Under the pieces are notes generated by a model. It worked only from the letters and a program-made list of their open reading frames with translations. It searched no databases and was not told where the DNA came from. DNA of 53,715 nt from assembly GCA_036497345.1 (NCBI GenBank), contig DASXJP010000663.1, forward strand, positions 1 to 53,715, in the 5' to 3' direction. Positions 20,382-29,609 of this stretch are shown in pieces. This DNA is from Thermoanaerobaculia bacterium. Lineage in GTDB: Bacteria; Acidobacteriota; Thermoanaerobaculia; Multivoradales; UBA5704. Within the stretch, counting starts at the first letter, position 1; every line of letters begins with the position of its first letter. Both the position numbers and the translations under genes were made by a program.

Positions 20382-23332
20382 TGGCGCGCCCGGCGGCTCC
20401 AGCGGTAGAGGACGGGGACGAGCAGCAGCGAGGCGAAGGTCGAGAGGCTCATGCCGCCGATCACCGCGAGCGCCAGGGAGCGCCGCAGCTCCACCCCCTC
20501 GCCGCCCAGGAGGGCCAGGGGGAGCATGCCGGCCACGGTCGCCAGGGTGGTCATCAGGATGGGCCGGTAGCGCTCGGCGCCCGCCTGGCGGACCGCCTCA
20601 TCCACCTTCAGACCTCCGCGGAGGTGATCCTCGATCCGGTGCACCAGCACGATGGCGTTGTTGACCACGATGCCCGCCAGCAGGATGAGCCCCAGGAACG
20701 AGAAGACGTTGAGCGTCTGCCCGGCGAGCGCCAGCAGCCCCAGCGCGCCGCCCAGGGCCACCGGCACCGTGGTCATCACCACCAGGGGCGTGACGAGCGA
20801 CTCGTAGAGGGCCGCCACGGTAAGGAAGACGAGGAGGAGCGAGAGGGAGAGCGCCAGCCGGAGCTGGCCGAAGGCCCGCCGCAGCTCCAGCGCCTGCCCG
20901 CCGGGGGCGACCTGCTCGTCCGCCGCCCGCGCCACGCCGCGCAGGAGCTCCTCCGGATCGCGGTTGCTCAAGGCCCCGTCGAAGGCCAGGCGCACGGCCG
21001 GCTGACCGTCCTCCCGTTCGAGCGCCGGGGGACGGGCTCCGGCTTCGAGCCGGGCCAGGGCGGCCAGAGGAAGCGCGCCCTTATCCGCGGCGGGCACCAC
21101 CGGCAGCAGCGCCGGGTCCTCCTGCACGGTGGGGCGGACCACCACGTCCGGCTCCACGCCGTCGATGCGGACGCGGCCGGCGGTCTGGTCGGCCAGCGCC
21201 TGGCGCACCTGCTCCTCCAGGCGGTCGCGGTCGGCGCCGAGGGCGGCCAGCCGGGGGACGTCCCAGGCGAGGAGGAGGGCGGCGCGGTCCTGATCGCGGC
21301 GGAGGCGGGCCTCGCGCAGCCCGGCCGCGCTCCGCAGCCGCTCCTCGGTCCGGCGGGCCAGGGCCGCGGCCCGCTCCGGCGTGGCGGCCGACGCCACTAC
21401 CTCCAGCCGCCGGCCGGCCTTCTCGATCGATTGCAGGAAGGCGCTGGGCCGGGGCTCCACCCACACCTCGACGCCGGGCAGGCGGGCCAGCTCGCTCCGC
21501 AGCCGCTTCCGCGCTAGGACCGCGTCCGCCGGATCGGCGAAGCGGAGCTCGATTTTCCCGGTTTCCTCCGCCTGCTCATCAGGGGATTGCCAAGCGATCC
21601 GACCGATCGGACGGATCCGACGGATCGATCGGATCACCTCGGCGGCCTTCGCCTCCACCATGGCCCCCAGCCGCCGCGCCGCCTCGGGCGCGAGATCGGG
21701 ATCGAGCCGGTAGCGCACCACCAGGTCCCGCGCCGCGGCGTCCGGCACCAGCTCGCGAGGGAGGACGGCCACCGCCAGCAGCGCCACGGCCGTGGCGGCC
21801 AGGGCTCCCAGCACCGGCAGGGCCGGCCGGGAGAGCGCGCCGTCGAGCAGGCGGAGATAGGCGGCGCGGCCCGGGGTCCACCCCCGCGCCACGCCGGCCC
21901 GCCGGTCGCGGGCGAGCACCGGGGTCACGGTCAGCGAGAAGAGGAGCGAGGCGGCGAGGGAGGCCACGATGGCGAACGCCTGGGCGCCGAAGAAGGCGCG
22001 GGCCAGTCCCTGGAGGTAGACCAAGGGGAGGAAGACCACGGCCGTGGTGAGGAAGCCCGCGATCACCGGCAGGGCGATCTGCCGCGTGCCGGCGATCTCC
22101 GGCTCGGCCTCCCCGCGGGCGCGGGCCGTCTCGATCGCTTCCAGCACCACGATCGAGCTGTCCACCAGCATGCCGGCGGCCAGGGCCAGGCCGGCCAGCG
22201 AGACCACGTCGAGCGGCACGCCGCAGAGGTGGAAGGCGGAGAAGGTGGCGAGCATCGAGGCCGGCACGGCGATCGCCAGCGCCAGCGTGGGGCGCCAGCG
22301 CCCCAGCAGCAGCCGGAGCACGGCGATCCCGAGGACCAGGCCGATCAGCGCCGCCAGCCCCAGCTCGCGCAGGGCCGCCACCACCTCCTGGCTGCGGTCC
22401 ACCGCCACCTGGACGCGCAGACCAGAGGCGGTCCGCCTCCCCAGCTCCGCGGCGCGCTCGCGCACCCGGGCGGCCAGGGCCACCGCGTTCGCCTCCGGAG
22501 CGCGGTAGACGCGCACCAGCGTCCCCTCCCGGCCGTCGAGGCGGAAGAAGGTGCCGTCCCGCACCTCCTCGATCGCCACGTCCGCCACGTCCCCCAGCAC
22601 GCTCTCACCCCCAGGGCCCTGGACGCGGAGGGCGCGCAGGGCGTCGAGCGACGGGGCGTCCTCCCGCACCAGCAGCGGGCGCACCGCCGCTCCCGCCCTG
22701 GCGCGGCCGGCGGCCACGCTCTCGCCCACCGGCTTCAGGCGGGCCACGAGGTCCGCGGGGGTGAGCCCGCGGGCGGCCAGGGCCGCGGCGCGCGGCCGGA
22801 CCACCGGATGGAGGGGCGCCAGCCCCAGCGTCTCGATCTTCCCCGCCCCCTCCAGCCGGGCCAGCTCCGGCACCAGCACCTCGCGGGTGAAGGCGGTCCG
22901 CCGTCCCGATTCACCGCCGAAGACGGCCACCTCGACGATCGGCTCGGAGTCCCCCGCCACCAGCTCCACGGCGAGCGTCACCCCCGGCGCTTCCAGGCCG
23001 GCGAGGCGGCGCTCGGCCTCGATCCGCAGCCGGTCGGGGTCGGTCTGCCACTCGCTCTCGACGCGCACGCGGGCGAAGCCGTCGCCGGTCGAGCTGCGCA
23101 CGGCGGTCACCCCGGGGACGGCCGCCAGCCGCTGCTCCAGCGGCCGGGTGACGCGCTCCAGCAGCTCCTCGCGGGCGCTTCCCGGCGCGGTGGCCGTGAT
23201 CGCCAGGCCGGGGCGCTCCAGGGAGGGGAGGAGCGAGACGGGGAGGCGGAGCAGGGAGAAGACCCCCAGCACCACCACCGTCAGGGCGCCCAGCAGCGTC
23301 GAGACCGGCCGCTCGATGGCGCGGCGGATCAC
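20378..23332 (-). CDS. RND efflux transporter permease (AcrB/CzcA superfamily)
   Basis: 984 aa. N-terminus IERPVSTLLGALTVVVLGVFSLLRLPVSLLP, TM4 GMLVDSSIVVLE, TM10 GIVVNNAIVLV. The GTG start overlaps the adaptor stop (GTGA). Confidence 0.9.
21596..21640. repeat. Five degenerate 9-bp tandem units, each starting with GATC
   Basis: GATCCGACC GATCGGACG GATCCGACG GATCGATCG GATCACCTC. In frame in the RND gene, this encodes EVI-RSI-RRI-RPI-GRI on the minus strand. Confidence 0.7.
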
Positions 23333-24393
23333 CGCTTCTTCTCCTTCTTCACCGAATCGTCGACCGCCTCCACCTTGGCGCCGTCGGTGAGGAGGCCGGC
23401 GCCGCTCACCACCACCTTGTCGCCGGCCGCCAGCCCCGAGACCACCTCGATCCGGCCGTCCGCCCGGCCGCCGGTGGTCACGGCCCGCCGCCGCGCCGTC
23501 CCCCCCTCCACCACGAACAGGGCGCTCCCCCCTTCCGAGATGACGAGCGCCTCCTCGGGCACGGTGATCGCGTCCGGCCGCGCGTCGAGCTCCACGTGCA
23601 CCTCCACCCCCTCGCCCGGCGCCGGCAGGCCGGCTCCCTCCGTCACCTCGGCCACCACCGGCGCGGTGCCTCCCGTCTCCAGCATGGGGGAGATCTCACG
23701 GACCATCCCACGGCCCGCCGCGCCGGGCGTGCCGGGGAGGACGAAGCGCACCCCCAGGCCCGGATGGAGCCGTCCGCGGTCCCCGGCCGCCGCCTTCGCC
23801 TCGACCCGCGGCGGCCCGCCGGCGGCCACGCGGGCGAGCACGGCGCCGGCCTGGACCTCCCCCTCGGGCGGGAGCTGCCGCTCGACGACCAGCCAGCCCG
23901 CCACCGGCGAGCGGAGCTCCAGGGTCCCCTGCTTCTGCCGGGCCGCCTCCAGGCGCTGGGCGGCGAGATCGGCTTCGGCCTTGTAGGTGGCGAGCGTCGC
24001 CGCCGGCACGACCCCGGCGTCGAAGGCCTTCTGATAGCGCGTCAGGTCCGAGGTGGCCGCCGCCAGACGGAGCTTGGCCTCGGCCACGCCCGACTCCGTG
24101 TCGGTATTGATCAGCCGGGCCAGCACCTCACCAGCCCGGACCTGGACGCCGGAGGAGAGCCCGTTGCGGAACCGCTCCGGGTAGCGCAGCCGTCCGGAGG
24201 ACGGCAGCACCACCTCGGCCTCCTTGGCCGGGCGCACCAAGCCGAGCAGCACGAGCGTGGGTTGGAACGGTGCCCGCGCGGCCTTCTCGATCTTCACCGG
24301 CAGGGGCGGTGGATCGTCGGGGATCTCCGCCTCCGGACGGCAGGCGGCGAGGGCGATAAGGAGAAGCGCGAACGCCCCCGCCCGAACCCTCAC
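23329..24393 (-). CDS. Efflux periplasmic adaptor (membrane fusion protein, HlyD/RND-MFP family), lipoprotein
   Basis: GTG 24393 gives MRVRAGAFALLLIALAAC (lipobox LAAC). Lipoyl/coiled-coil/beta-barrel pattern (EVLARL...ATYKAEADLAAQRLEAARQ...LRSPVAGW). The longer track ORF start translates REP DNA. Confidence 0.8.
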   Translation of the reverse strand: MRVRAGAFALLLIALAACRPEAEIPDDPPPLPVKIEKAARAPFQPTLVLLGLVRPAKEAEVVLPSSGRLRYPERFRNGLSSGVQVRAGEVLARLINTDTESGVAEAKLRLAAATSDLTRYQKAFDAGVVPAATLATYKAEADLAAQRLEAARQKQGTLELRSPVAGWLVVERQLPPEGEVQAGAVLARVAAGGPPRVEAKAAAGDRGRLHPGLGVRFVLPGTPGAAGRGMVREISPMLETGGTAPVVAEVTEGAGLPAPGEGVEVHVELDARPDAITVPEEALVISEGGSALFVVEGGTARRRAVTTGGRADGRIEVVSGLAAGDKVVVSGAGLLTDGAKVEAVDDSVKKEKKR

Positions 24394-24444
24394 CCCCCGA
24401 CCCCCTCTCCCGTCCCCTCCCCCCTCCCGCCCCGGGAGAGGGGG
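24388..24444. repeat. REP-like element copy (CCTCACCC box + hairpin)
   Basis: CCTCACCC...CCCCCTCTCCC-N22-GGGAGAGGGGG. Confidence 0.65.
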
Positions 24445-24488
24445 AGAAAACGAGATCGTTTTGTTGATCCACGGTCTCTGGGCGTGTT

Positions 24489-24544
24489 CCCCCTCTCCCG
24501 GTGAGGGACGGCGGGAGGGGACGGGAGAGGGGTAGGGGTGAGGG
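24489..24544. repeat. REP-like element copy, inverted relative to 24388-24444
   Basis: CCCCCTCTCCC-N23-GGGAGAGGGG...GGGTGAGGG. The loop is the reverse complement of the family loop CCCTCCCGCCGTCC. Confidence 0.65.
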
Positions 24545-24566
24545 TTCATACGTCCTCCGTCAGCGA

Positions 24567-25247
24567 TCACGAGAGCATCCGCTCCGGCCGGCGCAGGCGG
24601 CGGCGGGCGTAGAGGTAGAAGAGGGCCGCTCCCACGGCGAGGATGGCCAGGCTGCGCAGCCAGGGGAGCGACTCCTCGGCTCCGGGCAGGAACCGTCCGT
24701 AGTGCGCTGTCAGGCGCTGCGGAATGGGACTGGCGAAAAACCACTGGCTCATCAGGGCCACGGTCACCGCCGAGGCCAGCCACACCGCCCCCGAGGTGTG
24801 CAGGCGGACTGCCCAGAAGAGGGACACGGTCGCCAGGAAGAGGCTGATCACCACGATCTGGATCAGCGGCGCGAGCAGCGGGAACCCGAAATCGCTGAGG
24901 AACCAGCCGAGGATCATCACCAGAGACCCCTGGAGGGCGGTCACGGCGCAGACCGCCCCGGCCCGCCGCACGAAGTAGGCCTCGGCGGCCGGCGCCGAGA
25001 GGGCCAGGTCCAGGCAGCCGGCCCGGCGCTCCAGGTCTACCAGCCCGGCCAGGGCGGGAAGGGCCAAGAGCAGCGAGGGGAGGAGGAAGGCGTAGCGGTA
25101 GATGTCCCCCGCGTCCCCCTCCGATTCGAGGAGCATCTGGAGCAGCAGGTAGCCCACCACCAGCGCGTCGATCACCGCGAACAGGACGAGCCGGCGGCCC
25201 AGGAGCAGGCTCAGCGAGAGGCGCATGGAGCGGAGGAGACGCCTCAT
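24567..25247 (-). CDS. Small polytopic membrane protein, probable ABC-2-type permease partner
   Basis: ATG 25247 overlaps the upstream stop (ATGA). About six hydrophobic helices and no soluble domain. Confidence 0.6.
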   Translation of the reverse strand: MRRLLRSMRLSLSLLLGRRLVLFAVIDALVVGYLLLQMLLESEGDAGDIYRYAFLLPSLLLALPALAGLVDLERRAGCLDLALSAPAAEAYFVRRAGAVCAVTALQGSLVMILGWFLSDFGFPLLAPLIQIVVISLFLATVSLFWAVRLHTSGAVWLASAVTVALMSQWFFASPIPQRLTAHYGRFLPGAEESLPWLRSLAILAVGAALFYLYARRRLRRPERMLS

Positions 25248-27997
25248 TTGCCCCCCTGGAAGAAGACCCGGTCCCCCGGCGCCGCGCTGGGCACCAGCCG
25301 GTGGCACTCCTTGTCCGGATCGAGCAGCACGGCCTGGGGCTTACGGATGGTGTGGAGGTCGAAGGCGCCGTCTTTCTCCGGCTCGGCCCGCACCATCGCC
25401 GACACCGGCCCGAGGTCGGTGGTCAGCACGACCTTGCAGAGCGCCTCGGCGTCTCCCCGGTTGTGCATCCTCCCGGTGGCGTGCCAGCCGTCGGCCGTCT
25501 GGCGGAGCTCCACCCCTTCGAGCACCGGCTCCGCCAGGCCCCCCTTCACGAGGTTCTCCTCGAGGAAGCGGGAGAGGTCCGGGCCGCCGTGGCGGGCGAG
25601 GACGTCCAGGAGCTCCCGGCGGGTACAGGGCCGCGCGCCGCCGCGGGAGAGGAGCTCCTCGACGGCCTGGCGCAGCGCCTCCTCCCCCATGAGATGGCGC
25701 AGACCCGCGAGCAGCGCCGGGAAACGGCTGTGCCAGTAGATGGTGCCGTAGAAGTCCTCCGGCGGCGGTACGCGGACGATGCCCCCCTGTCCGGGCCGGA
25801 GCCCCTCCACCGCGGCGCCGCTCTCCGGGCCCAGGCCGAGCCGCTGGAGCGCGAGGTTGCGGAAGAGGAGCCGGAAGAGCACCGAGTCCTCCGGCGCCAG
25901 CGGCCGGCGGCTGGTGAGCTGCGCGCCGACCATCTCGGCCAGGAAGCTCTCCGGCTTCAAAACCTTGTTCTTCTGGATCAGGTCCCCTTCGCTGAGCAGC
26001 ACCAGGTTCCCCTCGGGCGTGAAGGCGAGGTCGTTCGGGCCGCGCCAGCGGGTCGCCATGGCCACGCCGATGGGGTCGGGGTCGAAGACCCGGTTCCCGG
26101 ACCACTCCAGCACCGCCATCCGCCCCAGGCCTTCCAGCCCGGGCCAGGCCTCCTCGGCCTTGCGGGCGCTGCCGTTGAAGAACCCCAGGTGCAGCTCGCC
26201 GATGCGAGCGTGCGAGGGGTAGACCGCCACCGTCGTGCCGGTCTCCGTGGACGGCAGCGTGACGTAGCGTCCCCCCACCACGGCGAGCTCCGTCAGGGGG
26301 ATCCGGCAATCGCCCGCGAGGTGCCCGGAGCGCGTCGTGTCGCCACAACTGTCGGCCAGCAGCACCCCGGGGGGGCCGGTGAGCGAGACCGAGAGGTCCG
26401 CCTGCGGGGTGAAGGATTCCTGCAGCACGTTGTGCTGGTCGTCGAGCTTCCAGGCCTGGTAGCGGGGGATGGGGGAGAGCTCGGAGGTGACCACGCGGAT
26501 CTGGCGCGCCGAGAGCGCCGGCGCCTCATAGCTGGTGGAGAGGTCGAGCAGATCCCGGAAGAACCGCGGGTGCAGGTGGTCGCCGAAGCGTTTGTAGAAG
26601 GCGGGATACTCGAAGATCTGGGGAGAGATCCGGGCCTCCCTGGGCGCTCCCGCAAGGCGGAACCGGATCTCGCGCCGGCCTCCGGGCGGGATGGGCGGCA
26701 CGAGATCCACCGCGAGGCGGTCCCAGCGGCGGGAGAGCGCCAGTGTCCCCTCGGCGGGCCGGGCCTCCGCGATCCGCAGGGCCGGATTGAGCTCGAACGC
26801 CAGGTGGCTTTGCGGCGACGGGCCGGTGTTCCTCATCTCGGCCGTCACCGTCAGGTCCACCCGCCGGTCCGGACCGAGCGTCCCCGCCACCCGCCAGCGG
26901 CCGGGCGTCAGGTCCCCCGGCGTGGGCGTGGGCCCCTCCGAAGCCTCGGCGTCGAACCGCGCCTTGCCGATCGCCTCGTAGTAGCGCACCCGCCCGAGCG
27001 CCAGGGCCGCGATGCCGGCGGTCAGCAGCAGCAGGGCGGTCAGGGCGAGCAGATCCGCGCGCGCCGGCCGTGGATCGGGCGTGTAGCGCTCCCGCAGGCG
27101 CGCCAGAATAAGGAGGAAGGTCCGCAGGGGGTGATCCGGCCGGATCCGCCAGGGGCGGACGTCCGGCCGGGTCCGCCGCAGGTAGCGCGTGGCGAGGCCG
27201 AGCAGGACGGCGGCCAGGGCCAGCGGCACGACCGCCCGGGCCAGCAGCGGCCCCGCGGCGATCCTCACGTCGAGGGGGAGCTCGCTCACCGCCAGCGGGA
27301 ACGGCAGCGAGAGGAAGGTGTCGTGCGTGGGATCGCTGGCCACCCGGGCGATCGACCGCGGCAGGTACCCCGTGTCGAGCCACTCCAGGGGAGCGCTCAG
27401 GCGGATTCCCAGGCGGCCGAGCAGGGAATTGATCAGCATGGGCACGATCAGGAGAACGAAGGCGGCGAGCAGGAAGGCGTTGATCGCCCCGCCGGCGATC
27501 GTCCCCACGGCGACCGCCAGGGCGGAGAAGGTCAGCGCGACCGGCACCACGTGCAGCAGCCAGGGGACCGCGAAGGCGGAAGGGTGGACCAGGTCCGGGC
27601 CGTTCGCCGCCACCGCCAGCCCGGCCGCCACGGCCACGGGAACGGCCGTCAGGGGGAGCAGGAGCGCCTGGAGGGAGAGCCAGCGCCGCAGCAGATAGCC
27701 CGCGCTGGACATCCCGGTCAGCGACACGGTCGACCAGGCCCCTTCGTCCTGCTCACGGGTGATGGCGTCGAGGGAGAGCAGGAAGGCGGCCACGGCGGTC
27801 AGCACGGGGAGGATCTCGAAGCTCTCGGCCGCGTAGGTGGAGGAGCCGATCACCGACAGGGACTGCTCCCGCCGCACCCAGGTCAGCACAGCGGGGCCCG
27901 CCCCCAGGGCCGCGTAGAGCGCGGCGATCACCCGAAAGCGGAGCGATCTCGCCTGCGTCCGCAGCTCGTGGGCGGTGAAGGCGGCGAGGAGCCTCAC
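25244..27997 (-). CDS. ABC-2-type permease fused to an M1-aminopeptidase-like domain lacking the zinc motif
   Basis: GTG 27997 overlaps the ATPase stop (GTGA). The N-terminal ~330 aa are polytopic. The remainder resembles aminopeptidase-N beta and catalytic domains. No HExxH occurs anywhere in the 917 aa, and the expected site reads FLAEMVGAQL. Confidence 0.7.
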   Translation of the reverse strand: MRLLAAFTAHELRTQARSLRFRVIAALYAALGAGPAVLTWVRREQSLSVIGSSTYAAESFEILPVLTAVAAFLLSLDAITREQDEGAWSTVSLTGMSSAGYLLRRWLSLQALLLPLTAVPVAVAAGLAVAANGPDLVHPSAFAVPWLLHVVPVALTFSALAVAVGTIAGGAINAFLLAAFVLLIVPMLINSLLGRLGIRLSAPLEWLDTGYLPRSIARVASDPTHDTFLSLPFPLAVSELPLDVRIAAGPLLARAVVPLALAAVLLGLATRYLRRTRPDVRPWRIRPDHPLRTFLLILARLRERYTPDPRPARADLLALTALLLLTAGIAALALGRVRYYEAIGKARFDAEASEGPTPTPGDLTPGRWRVAGTLGPDRRVDLTVTAEMRNTGPSPQSHLAFELNPALRIAEARPAEGTLALSRRWDRLAVDLVPPIPPGGRREIRFRLAGAPREARISPQIFEYPAFYKRFGDHLHPRFFRDLLDLSTSYEAPALSARQIRVVTSELSPIPRYQAWKLDDQHNVLQESFTPQADLSVSLTGPPGVLLADSCGDTTRSGHLAGDCRIPLTELAVVGGRYVTLPSTETGTTVAVYPSHARIGELHLGFFNGSARKAEEAWPGLEGLGRMAVLEWSGNRVFDPDPIGVAMATRWRGPNDLAFTPEGNLVLLSEGDLIQKNKVLKPESFLAEMVGAQLTSRRPLAPEDSVLFRLLFRNLALQRLGLGPESGAAVEGLRPGQGGIVRVPPPEDFYGTIYWHSRFPALLAGLRHLMGEEALRQAVEELLSRGGARPCTRRELLDVLARHGGPDLSRFLEENLVKGGLAEPVLEGVELRQTADGWHATGRMHNRGDAEALCKVVLTTDLGPVSAMVRAEPEKDGAFDLHTIRKPQAVLLDPDKECHRLVPSAAPGDRVFFQGGK

Positions 27998-28899
27998 GCG
28001 GCATCCTCCTCGGGCTCGTCCGGCGGCGTCTCGACCCCCTGAACGGCGAGGAAGGCGGCGTAGGACTCCTCCAGCGTCGGCCGCCGGGGCGTGCCGCCGG
28101 GCACCGGAGACTCGCTGTAGACCACCCGCTCGATGCCCCCCTGACGGTCGGTCCGGTGAGTCACCTCCACGGCGCCGGGGATCAGGGGCTCCCCCGCGGG
28201 CACCTGCCAGAGCCGTCCGGCGGCCCGGCGCAGCAGCTCCGTGGGCGCGCCGTCGAAGAGGAGGCGGCCGCCGGCGATCACCCCCAGCCGCGGGCAGGTC
28301 GCCTCCACGTCCTCCACGATGTGGGTGGAGAGCAGCACGGTGGTGCTGGCGGCCACGTCCGTGATCAGGTTGCGGAAGCGGATGCGCTCCTCCGGATCGA
28401 GGCCGGCCGTAGGCTCGTCCACCACCACCAGCCGGGGGGAGTGGACGAGCGCCTGGGCGATCCCCAGCCGCCGCTTCATGCCTCCCGAGTACTCGCCCGC
28501 CCGCCGGTCCGCCGCCCGCTCCAGGCTCACCGCCTCCAGCAGCTCCGCCACCCGGCGGCGCAGCGCGGCGCGGCCGAGCGGCACCTCGCGCAGCCGGGCG
28601 CAGTGGAGCAGGTACTCCCGCCCCGTGAGATGGCCGATCGGATGGAAGTCCTGGGGGAGGAAGCCGATCCGCCGCCGGATCGCCGCCCGCGCCCGCGCCG
28701 ACGAGGCGTCCAGCCTGTCGTAGACCCGCCGTCCCGACGTGGGCTCCAGCCCCAGCACCAGGATCGAGAGGAGCGTCGTCTTGCCCGCTCCGTTGTGGCC
28801 GAGCAGGCCGAACATCCCCTCGTCCAGCCGCAGCGAGACCCCCTTGAGAGCCTCCAGGCCGTCCGCGTAGATCTTGGTGATCCCCTCCAGCTCGATCAT
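27994..28899 (-). CDS. ABC transporter ATP-binding protein (ABC-2/DrrA-like subfamily)
   Basis: GHNGAGKTT, FLPQD, YSGGMKRR, LVVVDEPTAGLD and LSTHIVEDV. SD GGGAGGAG upstream of the ATG. Confidence 0.9.
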   Translation of the reverse strand: MIELEGITKIYADGLEALKGVSLRLDEGMFGLLGHNGAGKTTLLSILVLGLEPTSGRRVYDRLDASSARARAAIRRRIGFLPQDFHPIGHLTGREYLLHCARLREVPLGRAALRRRVAELLEAVSLERAADRRAGEYSGGMKRRLGIAQALVHSPRLVVVDEPTAGLDPEERIRFRNLITDVAASTTVLLSTHIVEDVEATCPRLGVIAGGRLLFDGAPTELLRRAAGRLWQVPAGEPLIPGAVEVTHRTDRQGGIERVVYSESPVPGGTPRRPTLEESYAAFLAVQGVETPPDEPEEDAA

Positions 28900-29072
28900 C
28901 GAGGCAAAGCTCCTCCCAGGGGATGCCGGATGGCGTCCCGCGCTTCAGCGCTCCTGCCGTTGTCTACGGTTAGTGTACTACGAGTGTCACACAGTTGGGG
29001 AGAGATCGCCTGGGATCAATTCCCATAGGATTACACCCATCTTTGCCATTTGGGTCCGCCTGCCCTCCGAAA

Positions 29073-29122
29073 CCTCACCCCTGTCCCCTCTCCCATCGCC
29101 CTCCCGCCGTCCGGGAGAGGGG
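29073..29122. repeat. REP-like element copy (CCTCACCC box + hairpin)
   Basis: CCTCACCC-CTGT-CCCCTCTCCC-ATCGCCCTCCCGCCGTCC-GGGAGAGGGG, upstream of the efflux locus. Confidence 0.65.
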
Positions 29123-29156
29123 AACCTGGCTGGGGCGATGGAGCCTACGGAGACGC

Positions 29157-29522
29157 TCACGGCTGGGTCCGCCTATCCCAGACTCCCTTTCGTTCACGCA
29201 GCCACCGGTTGACCCGGCGCGCGGGGATGTCGAGGATGAGCTGCCAGAACCGGAGCTGCGGCGGCGAGAGCCCGCGCCCCTCGTGCCGCTCGATCCATTG
29301 CCGGATCGCCTCGTCGCCGGCCCGGGTCCGGAGCCATTTCACGGTCTCCCAGGGGCCGGAGGCCAGGATGCGGCCCATGATCTGCTCTTGATCGCGGTCC
29401 CAGCGGAGAGAGCGGGTGGAGGTATCCCAGAAAAGAGCCTTGACGGAAGCCGGAAGAGCGTCCGGCTTCGAGGCCGCTCGCCTGTCTTCCGATTTGCCCG
29501 CGCCCGCCATGAGTGCCTTCAT
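29157..29522 (-). CDS. Small conserved hypothetical protein
   Basis: C-terminal 121 aa of track ORF 29157..31682. ALFWDTS...LRWDRDQEQIMGRILASGPWETVKWL...LSPPQLRFW resembles a widespread uncharacterised small-protein family (possibly DUF6922; uncertain recall). The upstream part of the ORF is antisense to the DUF1800 gene. Confidence 0.5.
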   Translation of the reverse strand: MKALMAGAGKSEDRRAASKPDALPASVKALFWDTSTRSLRWDRDQEQIMGRILASGPWETVKWLRTRAGDEAIRQWIERHEGRGLSPPQLRFWQLILDIPARRVNRWLRERKGVWDRRTQP

Positions 29523-29609
29523 TTTATGCCTTTGAGCCGCAGGAAATCCCCCATCCCCGGGTTTCAGGAGCAGAATGGAGACGCAGACACTCTCACCCGG
29601 AGCCCAGCC

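Noticed and set aside
24394-24783. Longer N-terminal extensions of the adaptor ORF (e.g. MNPHPYPSPVPSRRPSPGEGEH...)
   Set aside because: The extension is simply the translation of the two REP copies and of the 3' end of the preceding gene. GTG 24393 gives a proper lipoprotein signal.
25301-28042. 913-aa plus-strand ORF and the 335-aa ORF 25341..26348
   Set aside because: They are shadows of the permease::M1-like gene, with low-complexity R/G/P/E composition and no start context.
28972-28990. AGTGT-N6-AGTGT direct repeat upstream of the ABC ATPase gene as a response-regulator binding site
   Set aside because: These are two 5-mers at 11-bp phasing, which is too short to distinguish from chance without comparative or experimental data.
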